Of a stretch of DNA of 64,000 nt, positions 30,863 to 41,360 are shown piece after piece. The notes beneath the pieces are model-generated. The model did not search any database. It was not told the DNA's origin and worked only from the letters and a program-made list of their open reading frames with translations. The position numbers and the translations under genes were made by a program. Location of the stretch: NCBI GenBank assembly GCA_964435635.1, contig CAYSZU010000001.1, positions 450 through 64,449 on the forward strand. Reading direction: 5' to 3'. The stretch comes from an uncultured Muribaculaceae bacterium. GTDB taxonomy: Bacteria; Bacillota_I; Bacilli_A; RF39; UBA660. Within the stretch, counting starts at the first letter, position 1. Each line of letters begins with the position of its first letter.

Positions 30863-31303
30863 CTACTTTTTAAGAGTTACTTTTATGTTACATTCAACTT
30901 GTTTATGAAGCTTGATAACAACGTTATGAACACCTATTTCATCAATTGGTCGTTCAATGCATATTTTCTTTTTATCTATCTCAAATCCTTGTTTTTTTAA
31001 TTCGTCAGCTATATGTTTTGAAGATATTGAACCAAAGACTTTGTCTTCCTTGCCGGTCTTAACAACAAATGATAATTCCACCTTTGCTAATTTAGCCGCC
31101 TTTGATTGACAGTCAGCAATTGTTTGTTCTTCGTTTTTATTACGCTCATTAATTTCCTGACAAAGACGATCCTTGCTGTTTTTTGTATATAAAACAGCTA
31201 ATCCTTTTTTAATTAAGAAATTATTAGCGTAGCCGTCGCTAACATCAATCACTTGATCTTTTTTGCCCTGATTTTTAACATCCTGAAGTAAAATTACTTT
31301 CAT
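30863..31303 (-). CDS. rplI: 50S ribosomal protein L9
   Basis: [34 protein letters not shown]. Confidence 0.9.
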   Translation of the reverse strand: MKVILLQDVKNQGKKDQVIDVSDGYANNFLIKKGLAVLYTKNSKDRLCQEINERNKNEEQTIADCQSKAAKLAKVELSFVVKTGKEDKVFGSISSKHIADELKKQGFEIDKKKICIERPIDEIGVHNVVIKLHKQVECNIKVTLKK

Positions 31304-31367
31304 CATAATCTCCCCTTCAATAATTAACTATTTGATTATATCAAATATTTAATTAAAATGATACTTT

Positions 31368-31397
31368 TTATAAAATAAAAAAGTATAGAATCTATAC
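31368..31397 (-). terminator. terminator after rpsR
   Basis: GTATAG-AAT-CTATAC hairpin followed on the minus strand by TTTTTTATTTTAT. Confidence 0.5.
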
Positions 31398-31404
31398 CGT
31401 TTTA

Positions 31405-31620
31405 TTATTTAACATATGGTATTAAAGCCATAAATCTTGACCACTTAATTTGTTGTGCAATATGTCTTTGATGTTTAGCACAAGCACCTGTCATTCGACG
31501 AGGCATTATCTTACCTTTTTCATTGATATATTTAGTAACAATCATTACGTCTTTATAATCAACACTTTTGCCAGTGCACATTTGACATATCTTTTTCTTC
31601 TTTCGATAGAATTCAGCCAT
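31405..31620 (-). CDS. rpsR: 30S ribosomal protein S18
   Basis: 71 aa. Confidence 0.92.
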   Translation of the reverse strand: MAEFYRKKKKICQMCTGKSVDYKDVMIVTKYINEKGKIMPRRMTGACAKHQRHIAQQIKWSRFMALIPYVK

Positions 31621-31635
31621 TATTTTTCCTCCTTA

Positions 31636-32082
31636 TTAAAACGGTAAATCATCGTCACTAAGAGCGATTTCTTCACCAAAGTCTTTAAACGGATCTTCAG
31701 TCACATCGGTTGTTACAACATCTTCATTATGATTAGCATAATTTGGTGCTTCACCACCACTACTGCCTTTCGATCCTAAAAAAGTAACGTTATCAGCAAT
31801 AACTTCTGTAACATATTTTTTAGTGCCGTCTTGGGCATCATAACTTCTTGTTTGCATACGTCCTTCAACAGCAACTTGTGATCCTTTCGAACAATATTTA
31901 GCAATGTTTTCGGCTTGTTTTCGCCATGCAACACAGTTAATAAAGTCCGTTTCTCTTTCCCCGTTTTGATTAGTATACGTTCTTGAAACAGCAACGGTAA
32001 ACGAAGTTGTCGCTGTTCCGGTTGTTGTTGTTCTCATTTCAGGATTTTTAGTTAATCTCCCGATTATAATTACTTTATTCAT
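31636..32082 (-). CDS. ssb: single-stranded DNA-binding protein
   Basis: OB fold and an acidic DDDLPF C-terminal tail. Confidence 0.93.
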   Translation of the reverse strand: MNKVIIIGRLTKNPEMRTTTTGTATTSFTVAVSRTYTNQNGERETDFINCVAWRKQAENIAKYCSKGSQVAVEGRMQTRSYDAQDGTKKYVTEVIADNVTFLGSKGSSGGEAPNYANHNEDVVTTDVTEDPFKDFGEEIALSDDDLPF

Positions 32083-32085
32083 TTT

Positions 32086-32376
32086 TTACTCCTCATCTAA
32101 TTTAATAATTAAATGTCTTAATACAGACTCGTCTAATAAAGCTTTTCGATCAAATTCAATGATTGCTTCTTTATTAGCTTCGATTTGCATTAAAAAATAA
32201 TATCCATTAATTTCTTTCTTAATTGGATAAGCTAATCTTTTTTCACCAAGTTCTCTAAACTCAATAATTTTTGATTTGTTATCAGAAATTGTTTTTTTCA
32301 TAGTTTCAACTGCTGCCTTTGATTTCTCGCCATCAATTGTCGCTTTTACTATGAACATTACTTCATATTTGTTCAT
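32086..32376 (-). CDS. rpsF: 30S ribosomal protein S6
   Basis: 96 aa starting MNKYEVMFIV. Confidence 0.92.
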   Translation of the reverse strand: MNKYEVMFIVKATIDGEKSKAAVETMKKTISDNKSKIIEFRELGEKRLAYPIKKEINGYYFLMQIEANKEAIIEFDRKALLDESVLRHLIIKLDEE

Positions 32377-32449
32377 TCGTCCACCTCCTTATGGTCTATT
32401 CGGCCCTAAAATAAATCTAGAGCAAGGAGTAAATTAATACTCGTTTCAT

Positions 32450-32478
32450 ATTATAGCATTGCCGCAAAGTAAAGTAAA
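32450..32478 (-). promoter_or_regulatory. extended -10 promoter of the rpsF-ssb-rpsR operon
   Basis: Minus strand reads TTTACT-17 nt-TGCTATAAT, followed by a ~70-nt leader. Confidence 0.5.
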
Positions 32479-32505
32479 CAAGAACTTACGGCTTGTTTTT
32501 TTGTT

Positions 32506-33609
32506 TTAGGAAACATTAAACCTAAAATGGCAAATATCACCATCAAGCATTTTATACTCTTTTCCTTCAAGACGAAGGCGTCCTGCTTCTTTAACTAGTT
32601 TTTCATTGCCATATTTAACTAAATCTATATAAGACATTACTTCCGCCTTAATAAAACCCCTTTGAAAATCAGTATGAATAATTCCGGCACATTCAGGAGC
32701 TTTCATTCCGTCTTTAAAGGTCCACGCTCTTACTTCATCTGCTCCAACTGTGAAGAATGTCTTTAAGCCGAGAAGGTGGTATGTGGCTGTAATTAATTGA
32801 TCTAATCCACTAATGCTAATACCTAATTCATTAAGGAAATCTTTTTTTTCAAGTTCAACTAACTCCGAAAGTTCACTCTCAATTTTAGCACACATAACAA
32901 CTACTTCTGCCCCTTCTTTTTGAGCGTGAGTTTTTACTATGTTGGCATAATCGTTTCCACCATGAGTAGCATCCTCCTCGTTAACGTTAGCAGCATATAT
33001 AATTGGTTTAAGAGTAATAAAGTTGAAACTTTTAATTATTTCTAACTCTTCTTCATTGTACTCAAGGCCTCTTAGGGCCTGATTATTAGTTAGGGCCACA
33101 TAGGCTTTTCTTAATACCCCTAATTCAATTAATGCGACTTTATCTTTAGTTGTTTCTGCCTTTTTTTCTATTTTACCAATCCTATTTTCTACAATTTCTA
33201 GATCAGCTAAAATTAGTTCAACATTAATAATCTCAATGTCGCGAAGGGGATCTACTTTTCCCTCAACATGAGTTATTTCACTATCATCAAAACATCTAAC
33301 AACTTCAACAATTGCATCTACTTCACGAATATGTGATAAAAACTTATTACCAAGTCCTTCACCTTTAGAAGCACCTTTAACTAACCCAGCAATGTCTGTA
33401 AATTCAAAAGTTGTTGGCACTAGACTTTTTGGTAAATACATTTTTGTTAAAAAATCTAATCGTTCATCAGGTACGATTACTACCCCAACATTCGGCTCTA
33501 TTGTCGCAAACGGGTAATTAGCAATCAGAATATTTTTTTTAGTTATCGCATTAAATAAAGTTGATTTACCAACATTTGGCAACCCAACGATTCCTGCTTT
33601 TAAAGACAT
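32506..33609 (-). CDS. ychF: ribosome-binding ATPase YchF
   Basis: The ATG at 33609 (MSLKAGIVGLPNVGKSTLFNAIT) has a GAGGGTG RBS and a promoter TTGCTA-17-TATAAT at 33632-33660. Confidence 0.88.
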   Translation of the reverse strand: MSLKAGIVGLPNVGKSTLFNAITKKNILIANYPFATIEPNVGVVIVPDERLDFLTKMYLPKSLVPTTFEFTDIAGLVKGASKGEGLGNKFLSHIREVDAIVEVVRCFDDSEITHVEGKVDPLRDIEIINVELILADLEIVENRIGKIEKKAETTKDKVALIELGVLRKAYVALTNNQALRGLEYNEEELEIIKSFNFITLKPIIYAANVNEEDATHGGNDYANIVKTHAQKEGAEVVVMCAKIESELSELVELEKKDFLNELGISISGLDQLITATYHLLGLKTFFTVGADEVRAWTFKDGMKAPECAGIIHTDFQRGFIKAEVMSYIDLVKYGNEKLVKEAGRLRLEGKEYKMLDGDICHFRFNVS

Positions 33610-33669
33610 AATAACACCCTCAATCTGTTGTATTATATTAAAAAACAGTTGAACTAGCAACCGTTTTCT

Positions 33670-35199
33670 TTATAACGATATTGCGCCATTTATTCCAATT
33701 GGCAATCCACTTATATACCAAATTATTAATAGCGCTAACAAGGTTAACCCAATAATAATCGAAAATGGTAATTGATACTTTAAAGTCGTAAATAATGAAA
33801 CCGGTTCTTCCCCTTGGTTATATTTTTCTATATAAGCTAAATATATAACATAATAAGCCATTAAAGGAGTTAAACCCATTGCCATTCCTTCACTAAATCG
33901 AACTGTTAGTTGGGCCAATTCCGGAGTTAAACCAACGTTCATAAATACTGGCACTACTGATCCGGCCATAATAGTCCATCTAGCCACCGCTGAAGGTAAA
34001 AGAATAGAACCTAGCATATTTAAGAAAAAGACCATAATAAGTAGCGGGATTCCCGTAAATGATGAACCACCAATAATATTTGATATTTGAGCGACAAAAA
34101 CGCTACCAATGTTACTCTTTTTCATTATGTTTACTAAAATAGAAGCAAACAAAATTAGTATTAAGATTTTTCCTATGCCATCCAAAGAGTGGCTCAAGTC
34201 ATCGCAAAACTCATTATTATTTTTAATAGTTTTAGCACCGATACCATAGAATAAACCGAATATAATAAATAACACGGTAATAATAAAGACAAAACCGTTA
34301 CTAAAAAAAGAATCAAAACTAAATAATTTATCTATATAAAAGTTTTGTGAATAATCTAGTAGTTTACCCGAAAAAGGAAGACCAGGAATAATGTTGTAAA
34401 GAAATACCAATAAATAAACTGCTCCGGCTGATAAAGCTAAAACAATACCGCGTAATTCTTTTTTATTAACTTTTATTTCTTTTCGTTCTTCTTTAAATTC
34501 ATATTTGTCTACCATATTAACAGTATACTTTTCGGTTATATAAGTAATTATAAACGAACTAATCGCAACAGCAAAAAGCATAATAAAGATATAAGCAAAA
34601 GTCCCTAACTGGTAAGTACTGTCCAAAATTCGCGCACTATTAAGCGTTGAAGTTAGTAAAGCGCTATCAATTGAAGTGAAAAAGATACTAATTCCGCTTC
34701 CGCAAGTTAAGGCGGCAAAGCCGCAGACAATACCAACAATTGGGTTTCTTCGGCCATAAAGGAAAAGTAATGCGCCAAGAGGAATTATAGCAACAAAAAC
34801 TAAATCTCCAGTAATACTAAGTAACATACTGATAAGAACAAAGGTAAAAGTGATCGTCTTACGGCGACTTACCTTAGTTAGTAAGGTAAAAGCTGTTTTT
34901 AAAAAACCGCTTTTTTCCATTATTCCAATCCCTATCAGAGTAATGATTAACATACTTAACGGGGTGAATGCCACAAAATTGGATACTGTTGTACTAAAGA
35001 TGTATTTAATTCCACTAAATGAAGCTAGCGAATTAACACTAACTAATTTTGATGTGAAGTTACTGTTACTACTAACATCTTTATATGTTGCTTCAAATCC
35101 GATTATAGATAGAAAGCCGCTTAAACAGATAACGAAAAGTATTAAAAAAACATAGGTCATTATCGGATCTAATTTAATTTTCGCTTTAAACTTATTCAT
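33670..35199 (-). CDS. AbgT-family membrane transporter
   Basis: ~510-aa multipass membrane protein. The start at 35199 overlaps the stop of the upstream small gene by 8 nt. Confidence 0.6.
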   Translation of the reverse strand: MNKFKAKIKLDPIMTYVFLILFVICLSGFLSIIGFEATYKDVSSNSNFTSKLVSVNSLASFSGIKYIFSTTVSNFVAFTPLSMLIITLIGIGIMEKSGFLKTAFTLLTKVSRRKTITFTFVLISMLLSITGDLVFVAIIPLGALLFLYGRRNPIVGIVCGFAALTCGSGISIFFTSIDSALLTSTLNSARILDSTYQLGTFAYIFIMLFAVAISSFIITYITEKYTVNMVDKYEFKEERKEIKVNKKELRGIVLALSAGAVYLLVFLYNIIPGLPFSGKLLDYSQNFYIDKLFSFDSFFSNGFVFIITVLFIIFGLFYGIGAKTIKNNNEFCDDLSHSLDGIGKILILILFASILVNIMKKSNIGSVFVAQISNIIGGSSFTGIPLLIMVFFLNMLGSILLPSAVARWTIMAGSVVPVFMNVGLTPELAQLTVRFSEGMAMGLTPLMAYYVIYLAYIEKYNQGEEPVSLFTTLKYQLPFSIIIGLTLLALLIIWYISGLPIGINGAISL

Positions 35200-35386
35200 T
35201 TGTATCACCAACAACCTTCTTAAGTTTTTTTTCAAATTCTAATCTGTCCATCATAATTTCTCGGTTACAATTTATACATTTTATTTTTATATCTACCCCG
35301 ACTCTGGTTATTAACCAGTTATTAGTTTGACAAGCATGGGGCTTTTTCATAATAATTTGATCGTTAATTTTATAACTTTTTTGCAT
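35192..35386 (-). CDS. small DUF951-like protein (64 aa, CxxC...CxxC)
   Basis: Sequence MKKPHACQTNNWLITRVGVDIKIKCINCNREIMM; it sits immediately downstream of parB. Confidence 0.55.
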   Translation of the reverse strand: MQKSYKINDQIIMKKPHACQTNNWLITRVGVDIKIKCINCNREIMMDRLEFEKKLKKVVGDTNE

Positions 35387-35387
35387 T

Positions 35388-36272
35388 TTATCCCTCGATA
35401 TTTATTCCCAATATTTCGATAATTCTCTCTAAGTCTTTTTCTGAGTCAAATGGAATTTCAATTTTATGAGAACCAATTTTAACCTTAGTCCCTATTTTTT
35501 CCCGCATAACATTTTCAAAAATATTATAGCGAATATTCGGACTTTTAACTCGATTAATTTTATTAGTCTTACTAAATTCATTATCTCCTGCTAGTTTTTC
35601 AACATCACGAACGCTCAAGTTCTCAGCAATTATTCGATTAGCTAAAGCTTCAGCTTGAAACTCATCAGCCATTTTACTTAAAACTCTGGCATGTCCCATT
35701 GAAATTTTATTTTCAGCAATCATTTTTTTAGTATTATTCGATAGTCTTAAAAGACCAATCATGTTAGTAATATGACTTCGACTTTTACCAAACTTTTTCG
35801 CTAATTCATCTTGGGTCATTCCGGTACTAGCAATAATTGCTTCAAAGGCTCCTGCCTCCTCGATCGGATTAAGGTTTTCTCTTTGAATGTTTTCGACTAG
35901 TGCTATTTCCATCATTTCCTGATCATCAAAATTTCTAATAATAGCCGGAATCTTTTCTAAACCTGCTAACTTTGAAGCTTTTACTCTTCTTTCCCCGGCA
36001 ACTAATTCATAACCCTTTATACTTTGTTTAACTATAATTGGTTGAACAACCCCGTGTTCTTTAATTGAATCAGCCAGTTCAATTAAGGCTTTTTCATCAA
36101 AGTTCTTTCTTGGTTGATAAGGGTTGCTGCGAATCTCAGCTAGATTAATTTCGATTATATCGCCTGGTTTTGTTTTAGTAACAATTTCCTTTTCAAAAGA
36201 ATCGAAATCAATCCTTTCGTTTGAAAATAATTGCTCTAATCCTTTACCAAGTGCTTTTCTTTTAGTTTCCAT
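35388..36272 (-). CDS. parB: chromosome partitioning protein ParB (Spo0J)
   Basis: GERRVKASKLAGL ParB box and HTH; it is adjacent to parA. Confidence 0.9.
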   Translation of the reverse strand: METKRKALGKGLEQLFSNERIDFDSFEKEIVTKTKPGDIIEINLAEIRSNPYQPRKNFDEKALIELADSIKEHGVVQPIIVKQSIKGYELVAGERRVKASKLAGLEKIPAIIRNFDDQEMMEIALVENIQRENLNPIEEAGAFEAIIASTGMTQDELAKKFGKSRSHITNMIGLLRLSNNTKKMIAENKISMGHARVLSKMADEFQAEALANRIIAENLSVRDVEKLAGDNEFSKTNKINRVKSPNIRYNIFENVMREKIGTKVKIGSHKIEIPFDSEKDLERIIEILGINIEG

Positions 36273-37047
36273 TACGACTTATCACTTCCTTTGCCAAATT
36301 TTGGTAGGCTAATGTGGCACGACTTTCTGGATCGTAGTCACTAATTGGTTTGCCATGACTAGGCGCCTCAACCAGTCTTACCAGCCTAGGAATTATAGTG
36401 TTAAAAACTTTGTTTTTAAAATATTTTCGCACCTCTTCAATAACTTCTAAACCAATATTTGTTCTGCCGTCAAGCATAGTTAATAGAACTCCTTCAATTC
36501 TTAAATTCGTGTTCATGTTTGACTGAACCATAATAATTGAATTTAATAATTGGGTGATCCCTTCAAGGGCAAAAAATTCGCATTGAACAGGAATAATCAC
36601 CGAGTCACTAGCAACTAAAGCATTCATCGTTGTAATTCCAAGTGACGGTTGGCAATCAATAATAATATAATCATAATTATCTTTAATAAGAGTTAGCGAC
36701 TTACTTAGTTGTTCGTTTTGTCGAAAGCTATTGTCTTCTAACATTTTTTTAACAAATTCTACATCGACCCCAGCTAGATTTATAGTTGAGGGAATAATTG
36801 AAAGGTTTTTAAATTTTGTTTTTATGATTGTTTTTTCTATCTCAACTACTTCTGTCATAACATCATAAATATCATATTGAAAATCATTAGAACTTAAGCC
36901 TAACCCAGTTGTTGCATTACCTTGAGGATCAAAGTCGATTAAAAGGGTTTTTTTTCCTTCTTTGCCCAAAGCAGAAGCTAAATTTATACTAGACGTTGTT
37001 TTACCAACGCCTCCTTTTTGGTTAACAAGTGAAATTATTTTTGCCAT
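36262..37047 (-). CDS. parA: chromosome partitioning ATPase ParA (Soj)
   Basis: KGGVGKTT deviant Walker A. The ATG at 37047 follows AGGTGG. Confidence 0.9.
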   Translation of the reverse strand: MAKIISLVNQKGGVGKTTSSINLASALGKEGKKTLLIDFDPQGNATTGLGLSSNDFQYDIYDVMTEVVEIEKTIIKTKFKNLSIIPSTINLAGVDVEFVKKMLEDNSFRQNEQLSKSLTLIKDNYDYIIIDCQPSLGITTMNALVASDSVIIPVQCEFFALEGITQLLNSIIMVQSNMNTNLRIEGVLLTMLDGRTNIGLEVIEEVRKYFKNKVFNTIIPRLVRLVEAPSHGKPISDYDPESRATLAYQNLAKEVISRNGN

Positions 37048-37117
37048 ATATACCACCTTTTCAAAGTATTCTTCACTTAAATTATTTTATCACATATAAT
37101 ATTAAATGTCATATCAT

Positions 37118-37150
37118 TTAAACAAAAAAGAAAGAATTCAATCTTTCTTT
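37118..37150 (-). terminator. rho-independent terminator after ftsH
   Basis: AAAGAAAGA-ATTCAA-TCTTTCTTT 9-bp stem followed on the minus strand by TTTTTTGTTT. Confidence 0.65.
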
Positions 37151-39127
37151 TTAAAGGCTGTTTTTTTCTTCGATTGCTTTTTCTAAATCTTCCTTTTTCA
37201 TCTTAGCGTAGCCTTTAATTCCTTTTGCTTTAGCAACCTCTTTTAATTTTAATAAGGTTGGACTAGGTGTAGTTTCTATCTCTGGCACTCTAATTTTCCC
37301 GGTCAAAACCAAACATTCTATTTGCTCTTTAGTTAAAGTCTCGTTTTCAATTAAAGCCGCACTAATAGTTTTAACTAATTTTTCATTTTGACGTAATATT
37401 TTTTGGGCTGCTTCGTAGCATTCCTCAATTATCTTTCGCACTTCTTTGTCTATTTCAAGTGCTACTTGATCGGAGAAGTTTTTCGATTTAGCATAATCTC
37501 TTCCCAAGAAAACTTCTTCGCTTCGATGCTCAAACTGCATTGGGCCAAGTCGACTCATTCCGTACTCGGTAACCATGCTACGGGCCGTCTTCGTTGCTCT
37601 TCTGAAATCGTCTGAAGCTCCAGTAGTAATTTCTCCTAGGAACATCTCTTCGCTTGCTCGTCCGCCAAGAAGACCAATTATTTGAGATTCTAACTCTCCT
37701 TTAGTAATGATTCCAATTTTTTCTTCTTTTGGCAACATCATTGTGTAGCCTCCAGCCATTCCACGCGGAATGATAGTAATCTTATGAACCTCTTGAGCGT
37801 CTGCTACCTTTAATCCAATTACAGCGTGTCCTGCTTCATGAATACTGACTAGAAGTTTTTCTTTGTCGGAAATCTTTCGACTTACTTTTGCAGGGCCAAG
37901 CAATACTCTGTCCGTTGCTTCGTCAATTTCATCCATCGTAATTTCTTGTTTGTTTCTTCGAACAGCTAATAAAGCTGATTCGTTTAATAGATTTTCTAAG
38001 TCAGCTCCACTAAATCCTGGTGTCCTTTGACTAACACTCTCTAAATTAACGCTTTTAGCAAAAATTTTGTTTTTAGCGTGAACGCCTAAAATAGCTTCTC
38101 TTTCCTTTTTATCAGGAAGACTAACGGTTACCTGGCGATCAAATCTGCCCGGCCTTAATAAGGCTGGATCTAAAACGTCGGGACGATTTGTGGCCGCAAT
38201 AATGATTATTCCTTCATTAGCACCGAAACCATCCATCTCTGTTAGTAACTGATTTAAAGTTTGTTCTCTTTCGTCATGTCCGCCCCCTAAGCCAGTTCCT
38301 CTTTGGCGACCAACGGCATCGATTTCATCAATGAAGATTAGACATGGAGCAGTTTGTTTCGCTTGTTTAAACATATCTCTAACACGGCTGGCACCAACAC
38401 CAACAAATAACTCAACAAAGTCTGAACCACTAATATAATAAAAAGGAACGCTTGCTTCTCCAGCTACAGCTTTTGCTAATAAAGTTTTTCCTGTTCCCGG
38501 AGGACCAACAAGTAAAACTCCTTTTGGAATTCTGGCACCCATTTTTTGGAATTTCTTCGGATTTTTTAAAAAATCAATTAACTCAGCGACTTCTTCTTTT
38601 TCTTCTTTAAGTCCCGCAACATCTTTAAAGCTTAGTTTACCACCTTCGTCGCTTAACTTCGCTCTACTGCGGCCAAAATCCATTGATTTATTATTGCCGC
38701 TCGCTAGTTTATTAAATAAATAAAAGGTCGCAACAACTAATAGTATTATCGGCAAAATATTACCAATTATCAATAAAATTGTGCTTGAGCCAGGATCTTT
38801 ATTAGTATCATAAACATCTAATTCGTTTTCTTCAGCGTAGTTTAAGATAACGCTTATTTGCTCAGCAACAAACTTAGCAGAAAACGTCTCAGTTTCTTTA
38901 TAATCTACTAATTTTCCCTCAACATAATAAATACTGTCATTATTATTCGGTGTTATAGTTAATTCTACAACCGTTTCTTTTTCTATCTCCTTAATTAAGT
39001 CGCCTGTTGATAATTCATGAACCTCTTGTTTAGAATAATTAAAATAGTAAAGCGTCCCTAAAATTATCATTAATAGAATAAGATAAGGGAACGAAGTTTT
39101 TATTGTGTTATTTTTTTTCATCTTCAT
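37151..39127 (-). CDS. ftsH: ATP-dependent zinc metalloprotease FtsH
   Basis: AAA+ GPPGTGKT and HEAGHA zinc motif, with two N-terminal TM segments. Confidence 0.94.
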   Translation of the reverse strand: MKMKKNNTIKTSFPYLILLMIILGTLYYFNYSKQEVHELSTGDLIKEIEKETVVELTITPNNNDSIYYVEGKLVDYKETETFSAKFVAEQISVILNYAEENELDVYDTNKDPGSSTILLIIGNILPIILLVVATFYLFNKLASGNNKSMDFGRSRAKLSDEGGKLSFKDVAGLKEEKEEVAELIDFLKNPKKFQKMGARIPKGVLLVGPPGTGKTLLAKAVAGEASVPFYYISGSDFVELFVGVGASRVRDMFKQAKQTAPCLIFIDEIDAVGRQRGTGLGGGHDEREQTLNQLLTEMDGFGANEGIIIIAATNRPDVLDPALLRPGRFDRQVTVSLPDKKEREAILGVHAKNKIFAKSVNLESVSQRTPGFSGADLENLLNESALLAVRRNKQEITMDEIDEATDRVLLGPAKVSRKISDKEKLLVSIHEAGHAVIGLKVADAQEVHKITIIPRGMAGGYTMMLPKEEKIGIITKGELESQIIGLLGGRASEEMFLGEITTGASDDFRRATKTARSMVTEYGMSRLGPMQFEHRSEEVFLGRDYAKSKNFSDQVALEIDKEVRKIIEECYEAAQKILRQNEKLVKTISAALIENETLTKEQIECLVLTGKIRVPEIETTPSPTLLKLKEVAKAKGIKGYAKMKKEDLEKAIEEKNSL

Positions 39128-39142
39128 ATTTTTCTCCTTTGT

Positions 39143-40456
39143 TTAAACATACTCGATTATTATATCATACTTTTCGCTTTTTGATTTATCAAAATGTGTT
39201 TTTTTTAAGCCCGGTAACCAAACTATTTGACCGTTTGAGTCAATTACAAGGGGCCAATCTTTTCTTTCTCTAAGAGGAACCTTAGCGTCAATAAAGATAT
39301 CTTTAATTTTTTTATGGCCATTCATGTTTTTAATTGATATGAAATCACCATTTTTTTTAGAACGAACTAAGAGTGGCAGTTTAATTTCCTTGTTATTAAG
39401 TCTAGTACAATAATTATTAGTAAGACTTGATGAAGAAACAACTCTAAGGGTTTTTCCGTTTGGTAACATTGTCTCTTCCTCTAAGATCATTTGGTAACTT
39501 TTCCCAACCTTATTTTTAGTAAAAATAAGGTTATCATATTCCTTAACGGCCTCTATTTTATTTGGCAAGAAAATTGAGTCATTGGCATTTTTATTATTAA
39601 TCATTTTTTTAATTAGATCAACATGAGTGCTATTAACTAAGTTTAGATTGTCTTTATAAATGTCAGCCATAATTTTTTCAATGATTTTTGCTTGGATTAA
39701 ATCATCTAGTTTTTTGAGTTTTACTATATTATATTTATTAGTTTGCTTAATGGTTTTCATTTTTTGATTAACAATATTATCGATATAATTACTATATTTT
39801 AATAATTCATTACTAAAATTAATAAATTTTTGATGAACTTTGGGATCTTCTTTCTTTAAAAACGGTAGGACATAATGGCGATATCGGTTGCGGGTATAAT
39901 CGTCTTCATAATTAGAGGAATCTTCAACATAAGGAATATTATCCTTTTGCAAGGAAGAGATTATTTCTTCTTTCGTAATGCCTAAGAGCGGTTTAATTAT
40001 AACTAAGTTGTCTTCTTCGGTTAAGTATTTAAATCCGGCGTAACCCTTTAAATTAGAACCGCGTACAATTCGCATTAAGATAGTTTCAATTAAATCATCA
40101 CCATGGTGGGCTGTTAAAATATATTTAGCTTGATACTTTTCTTTTAGTTGTTTAAAAAACTTGTATCTCTTTTTTCTTAGTTCTGCTTCATTGTATTTAG
40201 GACCATCTTTAATTAATAGACCCTCATATATAATATTAAACTGCTGGCAGTATTCTTTAACAAATGCACTTTCTGCTTTACTAGCAGGACGAAGATTGTG
40301 ATCAACATTAGCACAAACTATTTTTAAAGCCTTAAAGTTGATCCGTAAAAGGTCTAATAAAAACATTGAATCTGGACCACCAGAACAACCAATGATAATT
40401 ATATCATTTTCAAATAAATAACTTTTTAGTTTTGTAATTACTTCTTTTTTCATTGC
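39143..40456 (-). CDS. tilS: tRNA(Ile)-lysidine synthetase
   Basis: PP-loop IIIGCSGGPDS. The track start is a TTG; the start is probably the ATG at 40456 (MAMKKEV), but this is uncertain. Confidence 0.8.
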   Translation of the reverse strand, partial: AMKKEVITKLKSYLFENDIIIIGCSGGPDSMFLLDLLRINFKALKIVCANVDHNLRPASKAESAFVKEYCQQFNIIYEGLLIKDGPKYNEAELRKKRYKFFKQLKEKYQAKYILTAHHGDDLIETILMRIVRGSNLKGYAGFKYLTEEDNLVIIKPLLGITKEEIISSLQKDNIPYVEDSSNYEDDYTRNRYRHYVLPFLKKEDPKVHQKFINFSNELLKYSNYIDNIVNQKMKTIKQTNKYNIVKLKKLDDLIQAKIIEKIMADIYKDNLNLVNSTHVDLIKKMINNKNANDSIFLPNKIEAVKEYDNLIFTKNKVGKSYQMILEEETMLPNGKTLRVVSSSSLTNNYCTRLNNKEIKLPLLVRSKKNGDFISIKNMNGHKKIKDIFIDAKVPLRERKDWPLVIDSNGQIVWLPGLKKTHFDKSKSEKYDIIIEYV

Positions 40457-40496
40457 CATCTCTTCTTTGCTGTTATTGTAACTAAAAATAACTGAT

Positions 40497-41360
40497 TTAG
40501 CAATGATGTTTTTTCTTTCCGGCAAATAGTTTATTATTTTTATTTACCGCCGCATGAGAATCAGTGATTGTAATAAAAGCATTTTTATCTATCGCTAAAA
40601 CTCCGCCTTTAACTTTATAATAATTTTCGGTCTTTACAACACACATAATAATTTGCTTTATCCCACGAGAATCTTTTCTTTCAGCATCGATTAATGTGAT
40701 ATCACAGCGGCAAACCTCCATCAAATACTTTTTAACCTTTACTGGGGCGATTGTATTAATATAAAATATTTTATTATCTCCGATTCCATCAAGCTTTTGA
40801 TTGGCAAATAATAAAATAATGATAAAAATAATGATTGAGTAAGCCATATTTTCTAAACCAAAAACTAAACCGCCGCTAATGACAATTAAGCCATCAACTG
40901 CAAGCGATGATAACCCAAAAGATATATTGAACATTTTACTAAATATTTTATTAATAACATCAGTTCCACCAGAAGTAAAACCGTTATTAAAAATTAAGCG
41001 ATAACCAATGCTAATAACTATCCCAGCAAAAATAGCTTGAGCTAGAAGATCAACATCACCTACTTTAAGATAAGGTGTTAGAAAACTTGTTAGATATACC
41101 ATGATTGGCATTAATATTGCTCCATAAATAGAATTAATGAAATCCTGGCGGTTAATAATAAAATAACTAATTGTCATAATAAATATATTGGCTAGAGCAA
41201 TATAAACCTCAACTCTAATATTCCAAGAATAATTAAAAAGCAGAGCTATACCAGTTACATCTTCAACTACAAAATTGTTTGGCGCTAAAAAGGCATTAAA
41301 GGCTAATGCGATTATTGAGATTCCACATAATAAAGAGGCAATTCTTTTTAATCTTGTCAT
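40497..41360 (-). CDS. YitT-family membrane protein (second paralog)
   Basis: The C-terminal IIMCVVKTENYYKVKGGVLAIDKNAFITI module matches that of the 23838-24746 protein. Confidence 0.7.
   Translation of the reverse strand: MTRLKRIASLLCGISIIALAFNAFLAPNNFVVEDVTGIALLFNYSWNIRVEVYIALANIFIMTISYFIINRQDFINSIYGAILMPIMVYLTSFLTPYLKVGDVDLLAQAIFAGIVISIGYRLIFNNGFTSGGTDVINKIFSKMFNISFGLSSLAVDGLIVISGGLVFGLENMAYSIIIFIIILLFANQKLDGIGDNKIFYINTIAPVKVKKYLMEVCRCDITLIDAERKDSRGIKQIIMCVVKTENYYKVKGGVLAIDKNAFITITDSHAAVNKNNKLFAGKKKHHC

Noticed and set aside
32476-32505. Plus-strand hairpin AACAAG...CTTGTT followed by TTTTTTTGTTTT between ychF and rpsF.
   Set aside because: The orientation would terminate plus-strand (antisense) transcription, but no plus-strand gene lies upstream. 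On the coding strand the U-tract precedes the stem. It overlaps the rpsF promoter region, so it is noted only as ambiguous.
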